Positions 46,478 through 55,144 of a DNA stretch of 64,000 nucleotides are shown piece after piece. A program made the translations under genes and the position numbers. The notes below the pieces were generated by a model, which saw only the letters and a list, made by a program, of their open reading frames with translations, searched no databases and was not told the origin of the DNA. Position 1 is the stretch's first letter; each line of letters opens with the position of its first letter. Origin of the DNA: a virus (lineage: Duplodnaviria; Caudoviricetes); IMG/VR virus record IMGVR_UViG_3300032335_001059, positions 1-64,000 of that record; one strand, written 5' to 3'.

Positions 46478-47742
46478 TAATTTTTAAAAACACAAGACGT
46501 TTTAATAATTCACTTCCTGAAGTAGAAATAGATATAAGAAGTTTAAACATTATTCCTTTATTTGATATAATTGATGCTCCTTTTGGATTAATCAAATATG
46601 ATTCAAATCCTATACTTTCTAAAAATAAAACTGCTAGTAGAATTTTACATAATAAAAATCTAATTTATAGATATTCTTATTCAGGTCAATTATTACATTA
46701 TGATTATGAATATTTAAAATCAAAGTATATAGATTTTAAAAAAAGAATAAAAAATGAAGTTTATTTCTTTTTTAATGAAAAAGTAAATTTTATTACTACT
46801 ATCAATAATACTAATATTCAATTTAATGAAAAAGTATTTATTAATACTGAATATATAACAAATAATTTTCAATTTAGAGGTAATAACCAATTTATAAAAA
46901 ATACTTTTGATAAATTTTCAACAAAAAAAGTAATTAGAAATAATGAAAAATTAGCTATTTATTTTGGTTCTGTTTTTAAAGAAGTCGATGAAGGTATATA
47001 TCCTGTTTTACTATCAGGTATTGATGCAAATAAAATAAATTCTTTTAAATCAAATTTAATAAATACTTTAGTAAATGAACCTACTGATTTTAATTCAGTT
47101 AAAGTTTATATAGACAAAGATTGGTATTTAGATTCATGCAATAAATCTTTAAAAATATATTTGTTAAAAAATTTAGAAGAAAAATATTATAATTACGAAC
47201 TTATATTGTTTGACGGTAAAGAATTTGCTAATCAAAATATGTTTTCTTATCAACCTTTATCTTTTTCTACTCTTAGTAAGAGAAAAAAGTATTTTAATGA
47301 TATTGAAGCTAAACTTTATGAATTAATGCTAGATGATTATAAAGATAGTTTTGACTATAAAGCTGAACAAGAAAAGTTTTTAAATAAATACAATCAATTA
47401 TTAGAAAATAATAGAAAAGAAAAACAAGATAAAGAAGAAAATAAATCTGAAATATTAGAAACTAGAAGTTTAACTTCAGAAGAAATGTCTTTAATTGATT
47501 CGTTATTTTATAATAATGTAGAAGAGGAAATTGTTCCACGTGTAATTTCTACAGACATAATGAATGAAGCTATTGGTAATAGTATAGAATATCAAGAAGT
47601 ACCTGTACTTAATTTAATTCCAGTTTTACAAGAATTAAGTCCTACAAGTCAACTTCTTTCTACAATATCAGAAATAGATAATACATTTGCAGATTTAGAA
47701 GAAGAATTACGTAGAATAGCTAATGAAATACAAAATGGATAA
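46474..47742 (+). CDS. Hypothetical protein coupled to the E1 gene
   Basis: 422 aa, ATGA overlap with E1 stop, acidic C-terminus. Confidence 0.65.
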   Translation: MIIFKNTRRFNNSLPEVEIDIRSLNIIPLFDIIDAPFGLIKYDSNPILSKNKTASRILHNKNLIYRYSYSGQLLHYDYEYLKSKYIDFKKRIKNEVYFFFNEKVNFITTINNTNIQFNEKVFINTEYITNNFQFRGNNQFIKNTFDKFSTKKVIRNNEKLAIYFGSVFKEVDEGIYPVLLSGIDANKINSFKSNLINTLVNEPTDFNSVKVYIDKDWYLDSCNKSLKIYLLKNLEEKYYNYELILFDGKEFANQNMFSYQPLSFSTLSKRKKYFNDIEAKLYELMLDDYKDSFDYKAEQEKFLNKYNQLLENNRKEKQDKEENKSEILETRSLTSEEMSLIDSLFYNNVEEEIVPRVISTDIMNEAIGNSIEYQEVPVLNLIPVLQELSPTSQLLSTISEIDNTFADLEEELRRIANEIQNG

Positions 47743-48352
47743 AAATTTTAAACACATATATACTTTAGAAATTCCTAAGTATATAACATCAGTACAAACT
47801 TCTAAATCAATTAGACCTAAATATTATTCTAATATTGCTGGAATAGGTAGAGTTAATAAATGTCCTAAGAAATTAGAAGGTGCTCAAGTAGACAGTAAAG
47901 GTTTTTATCTTGACAAAGATGGTAACAAAATTGTAGCTAATACAAGAAGTGTAGGTAAAGCTAGGCAAGTTCCTATTAATGCTCAAATACTTTATGTAGG
48001 TAGTACATGGAATAGAGTTGCTATTAAAAATGGATTAGAAGAATTTTTTATAGATTACATTAAAGATATGCCAGTTTTTACTGGTAGTATTGCAATGGAA
48101 TGTGAAATTCATACTATAATAGGACATTCTCAAGCAGATTTGGACAATTTAGGTTATATGTATGGTAAAGTATTGACTGACACTATGGTAAACATGGGAA
48201 GATTAGTTGATGACAAAGTACCTTATGTAACTAAACCTTGTTCAGCTCCTTTATTTTATCCTGTTGATTCATTTGATGATAGAAAATTAGTTTATCATTT
48301 TTATCAAGATAAAAGACCTGAAATATTAAAATTAAATAAAGTAGAAGATTAA
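47723..48352 (+). CDS. RusA-like Holliday junction resolvase
   Basis: ADLDNLGYMYGKVLTDTMVNMGRLVDD matches the RusA D-x-D-N...K...D...DD pattern. Confidence 0.7.
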   Translation: MKYKMDKNFKHIYTLEIPKYITSVQTSKSIRPKYYSNIAGIGRVNKCPKKLEGAQVDSKGFYLDKDGNKIVANTRSVGKARQVPINAQILYVGSTWNRVAIKNGLEEFFIDYIKDMPVFTGSIAMECEIHTIIGHSQADLDNLGYMYGKVLTDTMVNMGRLVDDKVPYVTKPCSAPLFYPVDSFDDRKLVYHFYQDKRPEILKLNKVED

Positions 48353-48371
48353 TTTCTTCTACTTTATTTTT
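48338..48371 (+). terminator. Intrinsic terminator
   Basis: aaagtagaaga-ttaatt-tcttctacttt plus T run. Confidence 0.65.
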
Positions 48372-48393
48372 AAAATTAAAAAATTAAATTAAT

Positions 48394-48639
48394 ATGAAAA
48401 AAATAATTATCACTATTCTAGTAGCTATTATAATGCTACCTTCGTGTAAAAAAGAATGTAACTTTCCACCTGCTCCATACGGAACAGCAGACAATGTAAG
48501 CGAGTATAGCTCTACTGGGTACAACTCAATTACCTACACCTACTACTGCTATAGCGGTAGGTACACAGCCGTAACCTATACCAATACGGAAGGTTGTGTT
48601 TGGGAAGATAGTTACTATTATTCTAATTGTATAAAATAA
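48394..48639 (+). CDS. Small Cys-rich lipoprotein
   Basis: MKKIIITILVAIIMLPS-C signal peptide II / lipobox-like; stop lies in attC-like R''. Confidence 0.7.
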   Translation: MKKIIITILVAIIMLPSCKKECNFPPAPYGTADNVSEYSSTGYNSITYTYYCYSGRYTAVTYTNTEGCVWEDSYYYSNCIK

Positions 48640-48762
48640 CTTTTCCGAGTATTGCCGCAGTAGCAGAATTACAAAACATCAAAGTAAAAACAAATGGAAA
48701 ATAAAGAACAAAAAGTTGAAACAGGCACAGAAGCTGCTATTGTCGACAATATTGTGTTGCCT
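48634..48762 (+). other. attC-like imperfect palindrome 1
   Basis: R''-like AAATAAC containing the upstream stop; arms agtattg..gcagtagcag / ctgctattgt..caatatt; R'-like GTTGCCT. Confidence 0.5.
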
Positions 48763-48945
48763 GCCGTTTTTTCGCAGGATTATTTAGAGTGGGTAAAGCA
48801 AGCCAATTTGCCTCCACTAACAAATACACAGCATAAATTTGCGGAGTGGTTACTACAAGAAGATAATAGAAAAGTTATTTCTCAAATTGGCGGATTTGAT
48901 GAAATATTTATTTCTGTTCGTAAGTGGGTCAAAAATTTCAGCTAA
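48694..48945 (+). CDS. Cassette-like hypothetical protein (starts inside the attC-like loop)
   Basis: 83 aa; stop in R'' of the next site. Confidence 0.6.
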   Translation: MENKEQKVETGTEAAIVDNIVLPAVFSQDYLEWVKQANLPPLTNTQHKFAEWLLQEDNRKVISQIGGFDEIFISVRKWVKNFS

Positions 48946-49023
48946 CGTTTTCGGGCTTGGCGAAGTGGCTTTTGTGCGTTGGCTTGTGTGTCGGAAAGCC
49001 ATTTTGCCAAACCCGTGTTATAT
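48940..49023 (+). other. attC-like imperfect palindrome 2 (84 nt)
   Basis: AGCTAAC ... cggg.ttggc.gaa.gtggcttt / aaagccat.ttt.gccaa.cccg ... GTTATAT. Confidence 0.65.
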
Positions 49024-49093
49024 GAAGTGCCGACTTATTTACGATAAAGCCCAATTGAAACAATAAACAGAAAAACAAAAAGAAAAAAAAGCG

Positions 49094-49237
49094 ATGGAAG
49101 AATATAAAAAAATACCTTATAAAAAGGTTTCAAATTTTGGAAAAAGATTGAGAGATAAATCCAAAATAGAAGACCGTGAGTTTATAAAAAAACAACAAAT
49201 ATCTTTAATTAAAGCAAAAAAAATAATAGTAAAATGA
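49094..49237 (+). CDS. Small basic protein, 47 aa (not in track)
   Basis: MEEYKKIPYKK...KIIVK*; ATGA overlap with 49234. Confidence 0.45.
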   Translation: MEEYKKIPYKKVSNFGKRLRDKSKIEDREFIKKQQISLIKAKKIIVK

Positions 49238-49566
49238 ATACAGGAAATATGTCAAATGACGAGGCAGAATCAATAGGTAAATTTATTGAACAACTTAACA
49301 ATATACAGCCATTTTGCAAAGCAAGTGTTACTCGCAGTAATTTATCCAAAGGGATGTGTGTACAGGATAGTGAAGGCAAAAAAGGTGTTATTAGAAATTG
49401 TGAGGACTTGCACAATGTTCACGTAACTTTTGAAGGCGAAGGAATTGAAATAGATTGGTACGAAATACCTTTTGAGTGCGGTGGAAGTGGGCTGTATTGC
49501 TTCGTTGAAGATTGTCAAGGTAATTGTGAAAACGAAAAATTTATAAATAAGTTTTTTGTAATATAA
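49234..49566 (+). CDS. Cys-rich hypothetical protein (cassette cargo)
   Basis: 110 aa; higher GC than neighbours. Confidence 0.6.
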   Translation: MNTGNMSNDEAESIGKFIEQLNNIQPFCKASVTRSNLSKGMCVQDSEGKKGVIRNCEDLHNVHVTFEGEGIEIDWYEIPFECGGSGLYCFVEDCQGNCENEKFINKFFVI

Positions 49567-49719
49567 CAATATAAAGATAGTATTCATAAATGTGCGGTGG
49601 CTTTTTTCTTTTTGTTTTTCCTTCACGGAACTTCAATTGGAAACGGTCAGCAAGGCATTTCATATAACGTGCTAATACCCGATACTAATACACGCATATA
49701 CAACAAAATAAAAAATAAA

Positions 49720-49968
49720 ATGGATTTAACTAACTACGAATTTAGGATTTACAATGGCAGAATTAAGGTCTGCTACAAAGGGGCTGTGATGTTTACCTTC
49801 AACCAAATAGACTTCTTGAGCTACTACTTTTTTAAAGATGATACTCAGCTGTATGGCATGACCCTACACTTCCTCAGAGAAAAGGCAGGAGGACATGAGA
49901 TGGATGTCTATTTTAAAGATAAAGAAACTTGGCTAGCAGTTAATAAATTGTTAGACGAGAATATGTAA
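49720..49968 (+). CDS. Hypothetical protein (start likely 49720)
   Basis: 82 aa; the track's GTG extension is the translated inverted repeat. Confidence 0.6.
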   Translation: MDLTNYEFRIYNGRIKVCYKGAVMFTFNQIDFLSYYFFKDDTQLYGMTLHFLREKAGGHEMDVYFKDKETWLAVNKLLDENM

Positions 49969-49987
49969 AACAAATAAACATACGAAA

Positions 49988-50230
49988 ATGGAAAAAGAAT
50001 CAAATAAAATGACTGCGGTTGAATGGGTATTACAATATTTGAATAATGTAAAACCAAATGAATTTTGTTCAATAGAAAAAATAAAAGAACTTTTGGAACA
50101 AGCCAAAGAAATGGAGAAGGAGCAAATGTTTAATTCGTTTATGGCATTTGAATCTAATACTGAAGAAAACGAAAAGTTATTTGATGAATACTACAAAGAA
50201 ACATACGGAGGTAACAATGAGCAACAATAA
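49988..50230 (+). CDS. TAVEW...QAKEMEKEQ family small protein
   Basis: Paralogue of the next gene; ends YYKETYGGNNEQQ. Confidence 0.65.
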   Translation: MEKESNKMTAVEWVLQYLNNVKPNEFCSIEKIKELLEQAKEMEKEQMFNSFMAFESNTEENEKLFDEYYKETYGGNNEQQ

Positions 50231-50468
50231 ACAACAGACGGCAGTTCAGTGGTTTATTGAGCAACTTGAACAGAAGGGAGATGCTTGGGAAAAAGTAAGC
50301 ATTAGACAAATAAAAATATCAGTTGATGTTAGCGATTATCTTGACCTAAAAAGACAAGCCAAAGAAATGGAGAAAGAGCAGATTATGGATGCACATTATG
50401 CACCAAAATACGGATGTTTTAATAAAGATTACTACAACGAAACATACGGAGGTAACAATGGGAAATAA
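50217..50468 (+). CDS. TAVQW...QAKEMEKEQ family small protein (start likely 50217)
   Basis: Ends YYNETYGGNNGK. Confidence 0.65.
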   Translation: MSNNKQQTAVQWFIEQLEQKGDAWEKVSIRQIKISVDVSDYLDLKRQAKEMEKEQIMDAHYAPKYGCFNKDYYNETYGGNNGK

Positions 50469-50589
50469 GCAGACAAAAAAAGAAGTTAATATAACTGAAT
50501 ATATTTATGGAGTAGCAATATTTATTATGCTATTTATTATGGTATTAGGTTCAATTTTATGGGTATTAGGATACGGAGGTAACAAATGA
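50458..50589 (+). CDS. Small single-TM protein (start likely 50458)
   Basis: 43 aa, ends LGYGGNK. Confidence 0.5.
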   Translation: MGNKQTKKEVNITEYIYGVAIFIMLFIMVLGSILWVLGYGGNK

Positions 50590-50768
50590 TTAAACCAGAA
50601 CCAACAATAGTAACAATATCACATTATGGTAGAAAATTTACAGCAGAATTACCATGTGATTCATCAATAGGAGAAGTTTGCGATGCCTTAAAAGGCTTAT
50701 TAAAAGCAGCAGGGTATGCAGATGAAACAGTTAACGAACATATTAAAGGTGAACATGACGATTTATGA
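50586..50768 (+). CDS. Small hypothetical protein
   Basis: 60 aa. Confidence 0.6.
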   Translation: MIKPEPTIVTISHYGRKFTAELPCDSSIGEVCDALKGLLKAAGYADETVNEHIKGEHDDL

Positions 50769-50825
50769 CAATAGGTATAAAGAAATTCACAAATACTACA
50801 ACAAAACATACGGAGGTAACACATA

Positions 50826-51068
50826 ATGACAAAAGTAATAATAATAGGGGAACAGCCCGAAAAAAAAGAATTAAAACCGATTGAGTTTGTGAAACGTTTA
50901 AATTATCATTTAGAATTTAGTTCAGGTTGCTCATCTCCAACAGTACGGGAGAACATTGAATTAATTTGTAAAAATTATGCTGCTAAATTTGATTTAATGT
51001 TCGCATTTGATGAAGATAGGAATAATGGCGTTTTATATCTTGGACACTTTAATGATGGTGTAGTATGA
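50826..51068 (+). CDS. Hypothetical protein
   Basis: 80 aa. Confidence 0.6.
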   Translation: MTKVIIIGEQPEKKELKPIEFVKRLNYHLEFSSGCSSPTVRENIELICKNYAAKFDLMFAFDEDRNNGVLYLGHFNDGVV

Positions 51069-52069
51069 ATAACATAGATAAACAATACCAATTACTTTTA
51101 CAAGATATTCTTGATAATGGAATAGTAAAACAAGACAGAACTGGAACTGGTACAATTTCAGTATTTGGTAGACAAATACGTCATAAAATGAGTGAAGGAT
51201 TTCCTTTACTAACAACTAAAAAATTACATTTTAAATCAATAGTAGTTGAATTGTTATGGTTTTTACGTGGTGATACTAATATAAAGTATTTAGTTGATAA
51301 TGATTGTAATATTTGGAATGGTGATGCTTATAAAGTTTATCGTGAAGCTAGACCAAATGATAAAGATGCTTACACTATAGAAGAGTTTGCAGAAGCAATT
51401 AAAACTAATCCTATATTTGCTGCTAAATATGGTAATTTAGGTCCTATTTATGGTAAGCAGTGGAGAAGTTGGGAAACAAATGTTCATACTGTTATCGGTT
51501 TATTTAGTATAGACCAAATCTCAAACCTAATCAACGACCTTAAAACAAACCCAGACTCAAGACGATTAATGGTTAATGCTTGGAATGTAGGTGAATTAGA
51601 CCAAATGGTACTTCCACCTTGTCATTATGGATTTCAAGTTTATACAAGAGAGTTGAGTTTGGAAGAGAGATTTAATTTATATAATCAAAACGAAACAATC
51701 CATTTTGAGGAATGTACTATGGGTATGTTGGATATGCATAATGTTCCTAAACGAGCAATCTCTCTAATGTGGAATCAGCGAAGTGTGGATACATTTTTAG
51801 GATTGCCGTTTAACATTGCAAGTTATGGATTGTTATTAGAGATTATTGCAAAGGAAGTGAATATGATACCAGATGAGTTAATTGGTAACTTAGGTGATGT
51901 TCATTTATACAATAATCATATTGAACAAGCTAAAGAACAAATTAGCAAAGAACCTTTTGATTTACCAACAGTTCACGTTAGAGATGGAATATTTTGTAGT
52001 TCAGTTAATGATGTTATTTTAGAAAATTATCAATCACACCCAACAATTAAAGCACCTTTAAATAATTAA
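51065..52069 (+). CDS. thyA: Thymidylate synthase
   Basis: DRTGTGT, LGPIYGKQWR, PDSRR, LPPCH, QRSVD, PFNIASY, HLYNNH. Confidence 0.95.
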   Translation: MNNIDKQYQLLLQDILDNGIVKQDRTGTGTISVFGRQIRHKMSEGFPLLTTKKLHFKSIVVELLWFLRGDTNIKYLVDNDCNIWNGDAYKVYREARPNDKDAYTIEEFAEAIKTNPIFAAKYGNLGPIYGKQWRSWETNVHTVIGLFSIDQISNLINDLKTNPDSRRLMVNAWNVGELDQMVLPPCHYGFQVYTRELSLEERFNLYNQNETIHFEECTMGMLDMHNVPKRAISLMWNQRSVDTFLGLPFNIASYGLLLEIIAKEVNMIPDELIGNLGDVHLYNNHIEQAKEQISKEPFDLPTVHVRDGIFCSSVNDVILENYQSHPTIKAPLNN

Positions 52070-52079
52070 ATTAAAAAAT

Positions 52080-52415
52080 ATGAATAGTAAAGATTTTAAT
52101 GAAATCGTATTAAGACGATTAGATTTAGTTGAAGATATTTTAACTAAAAAAGCAGCAGAATATGCAGTTAATGATGATAGATTACATAACTTTAATAAAG
52201 CTGCTGCATTTACAGGTAAATCTAGAGAAGAATGTTTATGGGGAATGGCTTTAAAACATTTAGTATCTGTTACAGATATTATTGATAAAATAAGCGTTGG
52301 ACAATTACCTTCTAAACATTTATTAGATGAAAAAATTGGAGATTTAATAAACTATTTATGTTTATTAGAAGTAAGTATTACAGAAAAAATAGAAAACAAT
52401 GAAAGAGTGGATTAG
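52080..52415 (+). CDS. All-alpha NTP-pyrophosphatase-like / nucleotide-modification-associated (DUF1599-like) protein
   Basis: KAAEYA..DRLHNF...KH...EKIGDLINY. Confidence 0.55.
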   Translation: MNSKDFNEIVLRRLDLVEDILTKKAAEYAVNDDRLHNFNKAAAFTGKSREECLWGMALKHLVSVTDIIDKISVGQLPSKHLLDEKIGDLINYLCLLEVSITEKIENNERVD

Positions 52416-52905
52416 AGATATAACAATAATACTAGGAGTATTTATTTTAGGTTTGTTTGTAGGTTTAAAAAGTCATTACTACAATAAAGAATCAAAACAA
52501 TTAGATGAAGTTTATTGTATTACTGATAGTAATAATTTATGTAAAACTTTATATTTTGAAAAGCATAAAATTAGATTTTCACATATAGTTTATGCTCAAG
52601 CAATGTTAGAATCTAACAATTTTAAATCAAAACTTTGTAAAGAAAACAACAATATATTTGGAATGAAAGTTCCAGCTCAAAGATTTACATTTTGTAATAA
52701 TCCTTATGATTATGGAAATTACGCAAAATACGATAATATTGAAAGTTGTGTTTTAGATTACAAAGCTTGGCAAATGCAAAATGCTTATAATATTACTACT
52801 GAAGAAGGTTATTTTAATCTTCTTCGTAGTATATATGCTGAAGATACTGAATATGTTAACAAATTAAAAAAAATAATAGATGGAAATAAATCAAGAAATA
52901 ATTAA
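52399..52905 (+). CDS. GH73/glucosaminidase-like peptidoglycan hydrolase with N-terminal TM anchor
   Basis: YAQAMLES, NNIFGMK, YAED..YVNKL. Confidence 0.75.
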   Translation: MKEWIRDITIILGVFILGLFVGLKSHYYNKESKQLDEVYCITDSNNLCKTLYFEKHKIRFSHIVYAQAMLESNNFKSKLCKENNNIFGMKVPAQRFTFCNNPYDYGNYAKYDNIESCVLDYKAWQMQNAYNITTEEGYFNLLRSIYAEDTEYVNKLKKIIDGNKSRNN

Positions 52906-53170
52906 AACTATTCACGATAGAAATGGATATTTTTACAATCTTCACAAAGCTTCAGAAGAATGCCAAGAATTAGGATTAATTCTTAATCAAAAATTACTTA
53001 AACAAGAAAAAGTTGCAGATGAAGCAATTATTAACGAAATTGGTGATGTAATTATTAGATTAGAAATACTTAAGTTAATGTTTGATAATGATAAAATTCA
53101 AGAAAGAGTTAATTATAAATTAGCTAAGTTTGAAGAATATATTGAGCAAAATAGATATAATAAGATATGA
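52880..53170 (+). CDS. MazG-like NTP pyrophosphatase
   Basis: KASEECQEL ... NEIGDV. Confidence 0.7.
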   Translation: MEINQEIIKTIHDRNGYFYNLHKASEECQELGLILNQKLLKQEKVADEAIINEIGDVIIRLEILKLMFDNDKIQERVNYKLAKFEEYIEQNRYNKI

Positions 53171-53946
53171 AAATAGCTATTCTTGATTGTGATTCAATAG
53201 CTTATACTATTGGTCATGGTAATAAAATACAAATTGATGAAGTTGATGGAGAACCTGTTTATCAAAGAGATGAGTTAGGAAGATTAGTTTACAATGATAA
53301 AACTGAAGAACAACTAATAGAATCTTGCAATTTTGTTATAGGAGATATTTTAAACAAAGGAGGCTTTACTCATTATGTTGGCTATATTAAAGGTGTTAAT
53401 ACTATATCTCATAAATTAAATTTTAATCCAACTTATAAACAAGATAGAAAATTAGAACAACCTAAGTGGTGGAATTTTGTTAAATCTTATTTAGTAAACA
53501 ATTATAATATATTTTTAGCTAATGATTTTGAAGTTGACGATTATGTTGTTTCAGCTTATAAATGTATTCCTAATTCTCATATTGTAGCTATTGATTCAGA
53601 TATTCTTGCAACAACAGGTACTCATTATAACTGGAGAAAAAATGAATGGGTAACTGTAACAGAAGACCAAGAAAGATATGCTTTTTGGAGTCAAATGATT
53701 ACAGGTAATCACAATAATATTAAAGGTTTAGCTAAGAAAGGTGCAAAATATGCTGAAGGTGTTTTAAAAGGTATAGATGTATTTAAAGATAATATAGCTT
53801 CTATAATGCTAACAGAATATATTGACCATTATAAAGATATTACTTTAGCTATTGACGAATATTATAAAAATTATAAATCGTTAAAAGTTATAGATAATAT
53901 AATTGTTGACAATAATATAGTAAAAGAATGGGGATTTGATTTATGA
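53167..53946 (+). CDS. 5'-3' exonuclease / flap endonuclease (T7 gp6 / T5 D15-like)
   Basis: ILDCDSIAY, FEVDDYV, IDSDIL, GNHNNIKGL. Confidence 0.8.
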   Translation: MKIAILDCDSIAYTIGHGNKIQIDEVDGEPVYQRDELGRLVYNDKTEEQLIESCNFVIGDILNKGGFTHYVGYIKGVNTISHKLNFNPTYKQDRKLEQPKWWNFVKSYLVNNYNIFLANDFEVDDYVVSAYKCIPNSHIVAIDSDILATTGTHYNWRKNEWVTVTEDQERYAFWSQMITGNHNNIKGLAKKGAKYAEGVLKGIDVFKDNIASIMLTEYIDHYKDITLAIDEYYKNYKSLKVIDNIIVDNNIVKEWGFDL

Positions 53947-54311
53947 TAGTTGATAATGAAGGTAATAAAATATTTTTAAAAGATAATAATATTTATCTTA
54001 AACTAGCAATTGAAAATTTTAACAGATTATTAGGTAAATTAAATAAAAATACTTGTTCATTACATGTTTATAGAAATTATGATAAACATTTGCATATATT
54101 AACAAATTCTTTTGGATTTAATTACGCATTATTGCATGCAGCTACTAAATTTAATAAAATAATATTAGAAACTAATAAGAATGAAAAATTTGATATACCT
54201 GTAAATTATATACTATCTAAAGGAACTTTTTTATTTTTTAAAAATAAAGGTTTTGAAAAACAAATTTTTTGCACTTTAACTGAATTAGAAAATTTTAAAA
54301 TAATAAATTAA
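53943..54311 (+). CDS. Hypothetical protein
   Basis: 122 aa. Confidence 0.6.
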   Translation: MIVDNEGNKIFLKDNNIYLKLAIENFNRLLGKLNKNTCSLHVYRNYDKHLHILTNSFGFNYALLHAATKFNKIILETNKNEKFDIPVNYILSKGTFLFFKNKGFEKQIFCTLTELENFKIIN

Positions 54312-54719
54312 ATGGAACGTTTTTTAATTAGAAATGCAATGCAATGTTTAAATTGTAATGATGTAATAGAAAGTAAATATAGACATAATTACGTGACATG
54401 TAGTTGTGGCGGATGTGCTACTGATGGAGGTTTAGATTATATTCATAGAGCACATCAAAATGGAATAGATTATGTTGAATTAGATATGTATTCTACTGAC
54501 CCTCATTGGGCAATAAGAGAATATGTAAAAAGATTTGGTTACGGTAAACCTGGTACTAAAGATTATGGTAAGTTTACAGTTACTTTATTAAAAAATATGA
54601 CAGATGAACATTTAAATGCTTTGCTTACTTATTGTTTACCAAATAACATATATCTTCCTATTTACAAAAATGAAATAGAGTATCGTAAACAAAATAATAT
54701 TAAAATAGATGACCTCTAA
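54312..54719 (+). CDS. Zinc-binding conserved phage protein
   Basis: QCLNCNDVIES..RH.YVTCSCG...DGG. Confidence 0.7.
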   Translation: MERFLIRNAMQCLNCNDVIESKYRHNYVTCSCGGCATDGGLDYIHRAHQNGIDYVELDMYSTDPHWAIREYVKRFGYGKPGTKDYGKFTVTLLKNMTDEHLNALLTYCLPNNIYLPIYKNEIEYRKQNNIKIDDL

Positions 54720-54969
54720 AAAAGATGAAGTATTATTAGAAATACTTAATAAACAATTATCTTATTTTAACAAAACTGTAGATGATGTTAAAAATAATGA
54801 AAAATGGTATGAAGAAAATTCTTTTACTGAAGAACAATATGAAGAGTGGAAAAACTTTAGCATAGAATTATTAAGGAAAAAACTTAAATTTAGTAAAACT
54901 TTTGCTATAAAACAATTTTCGTGGATTAACTTAATGTGGGGATTTAAAATTAAAGAAAATGAGATATAA
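54709..54969 (+). CDS. Hypothetical protein
   Basis: 86 aa. Confidence 0.6.
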   Translation: MTSKKDEVLLEILNKQLSYFNKTVDDVKNNEKWYEENSFTEEQYEEWKNFSIELLRKKLKFSKTFAIKQFSWINLMWGFKIKENEI

Positions 54970-55144
54970 TTGTGCATTTACAATAGAAAAAGATGGAACT
55001 TTTGAACCTAAGTTTGAAGTAGTATCTTCAGAATCAAATAATAAAGATTATATATTAAATCTTATACAAAAAAAGTATAAAGGATTTAGTATTACTGTAA
55101 AATATATTAAAGAATCTATAAACGGTAAACCTAATATACTTTAA
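54959..55144 (+). CDS. Hypothetical protein
   Basis: 61 aa. Confidence 0.5.
   Translation: MRYNCAFTIEKDGTFEPKFEVVSSESNNKDYILNLIQKKYKGFSITVKYIKESINGKPNIL

Larger units (their letters stand above)
49017..49668. repeat. 652-nt segment bounded by ~70-nt imperfect inverted repeats
   Basis: 49017-31 vs 49654-68 (14/15), 49051-59 vs 49632-40 (9/9), 49070-88 vs 49602-20 (19/19). Confidence 0.8.
50198..50821 (+). repeat. Four gene-junction repeats (ac)atacggaggtaaca
   Basis: Copies at 50198-219, 50439-460, 50571-588, 50806-821. Confidence 0.85.

Noticed and set aside
48839-49066. 75-aa ORF, and the N-terminal extension of the ORF at 49597
   Set aside because: These are translations of the attC-like palindrome and inverted repeat, overlapping better-supported ORFs
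50198-50821. CRISPR array
   Set aside because: The repeats are short and separated by variable-length (about 110-220 nt) protein-coding stretches; no cas genes or leader
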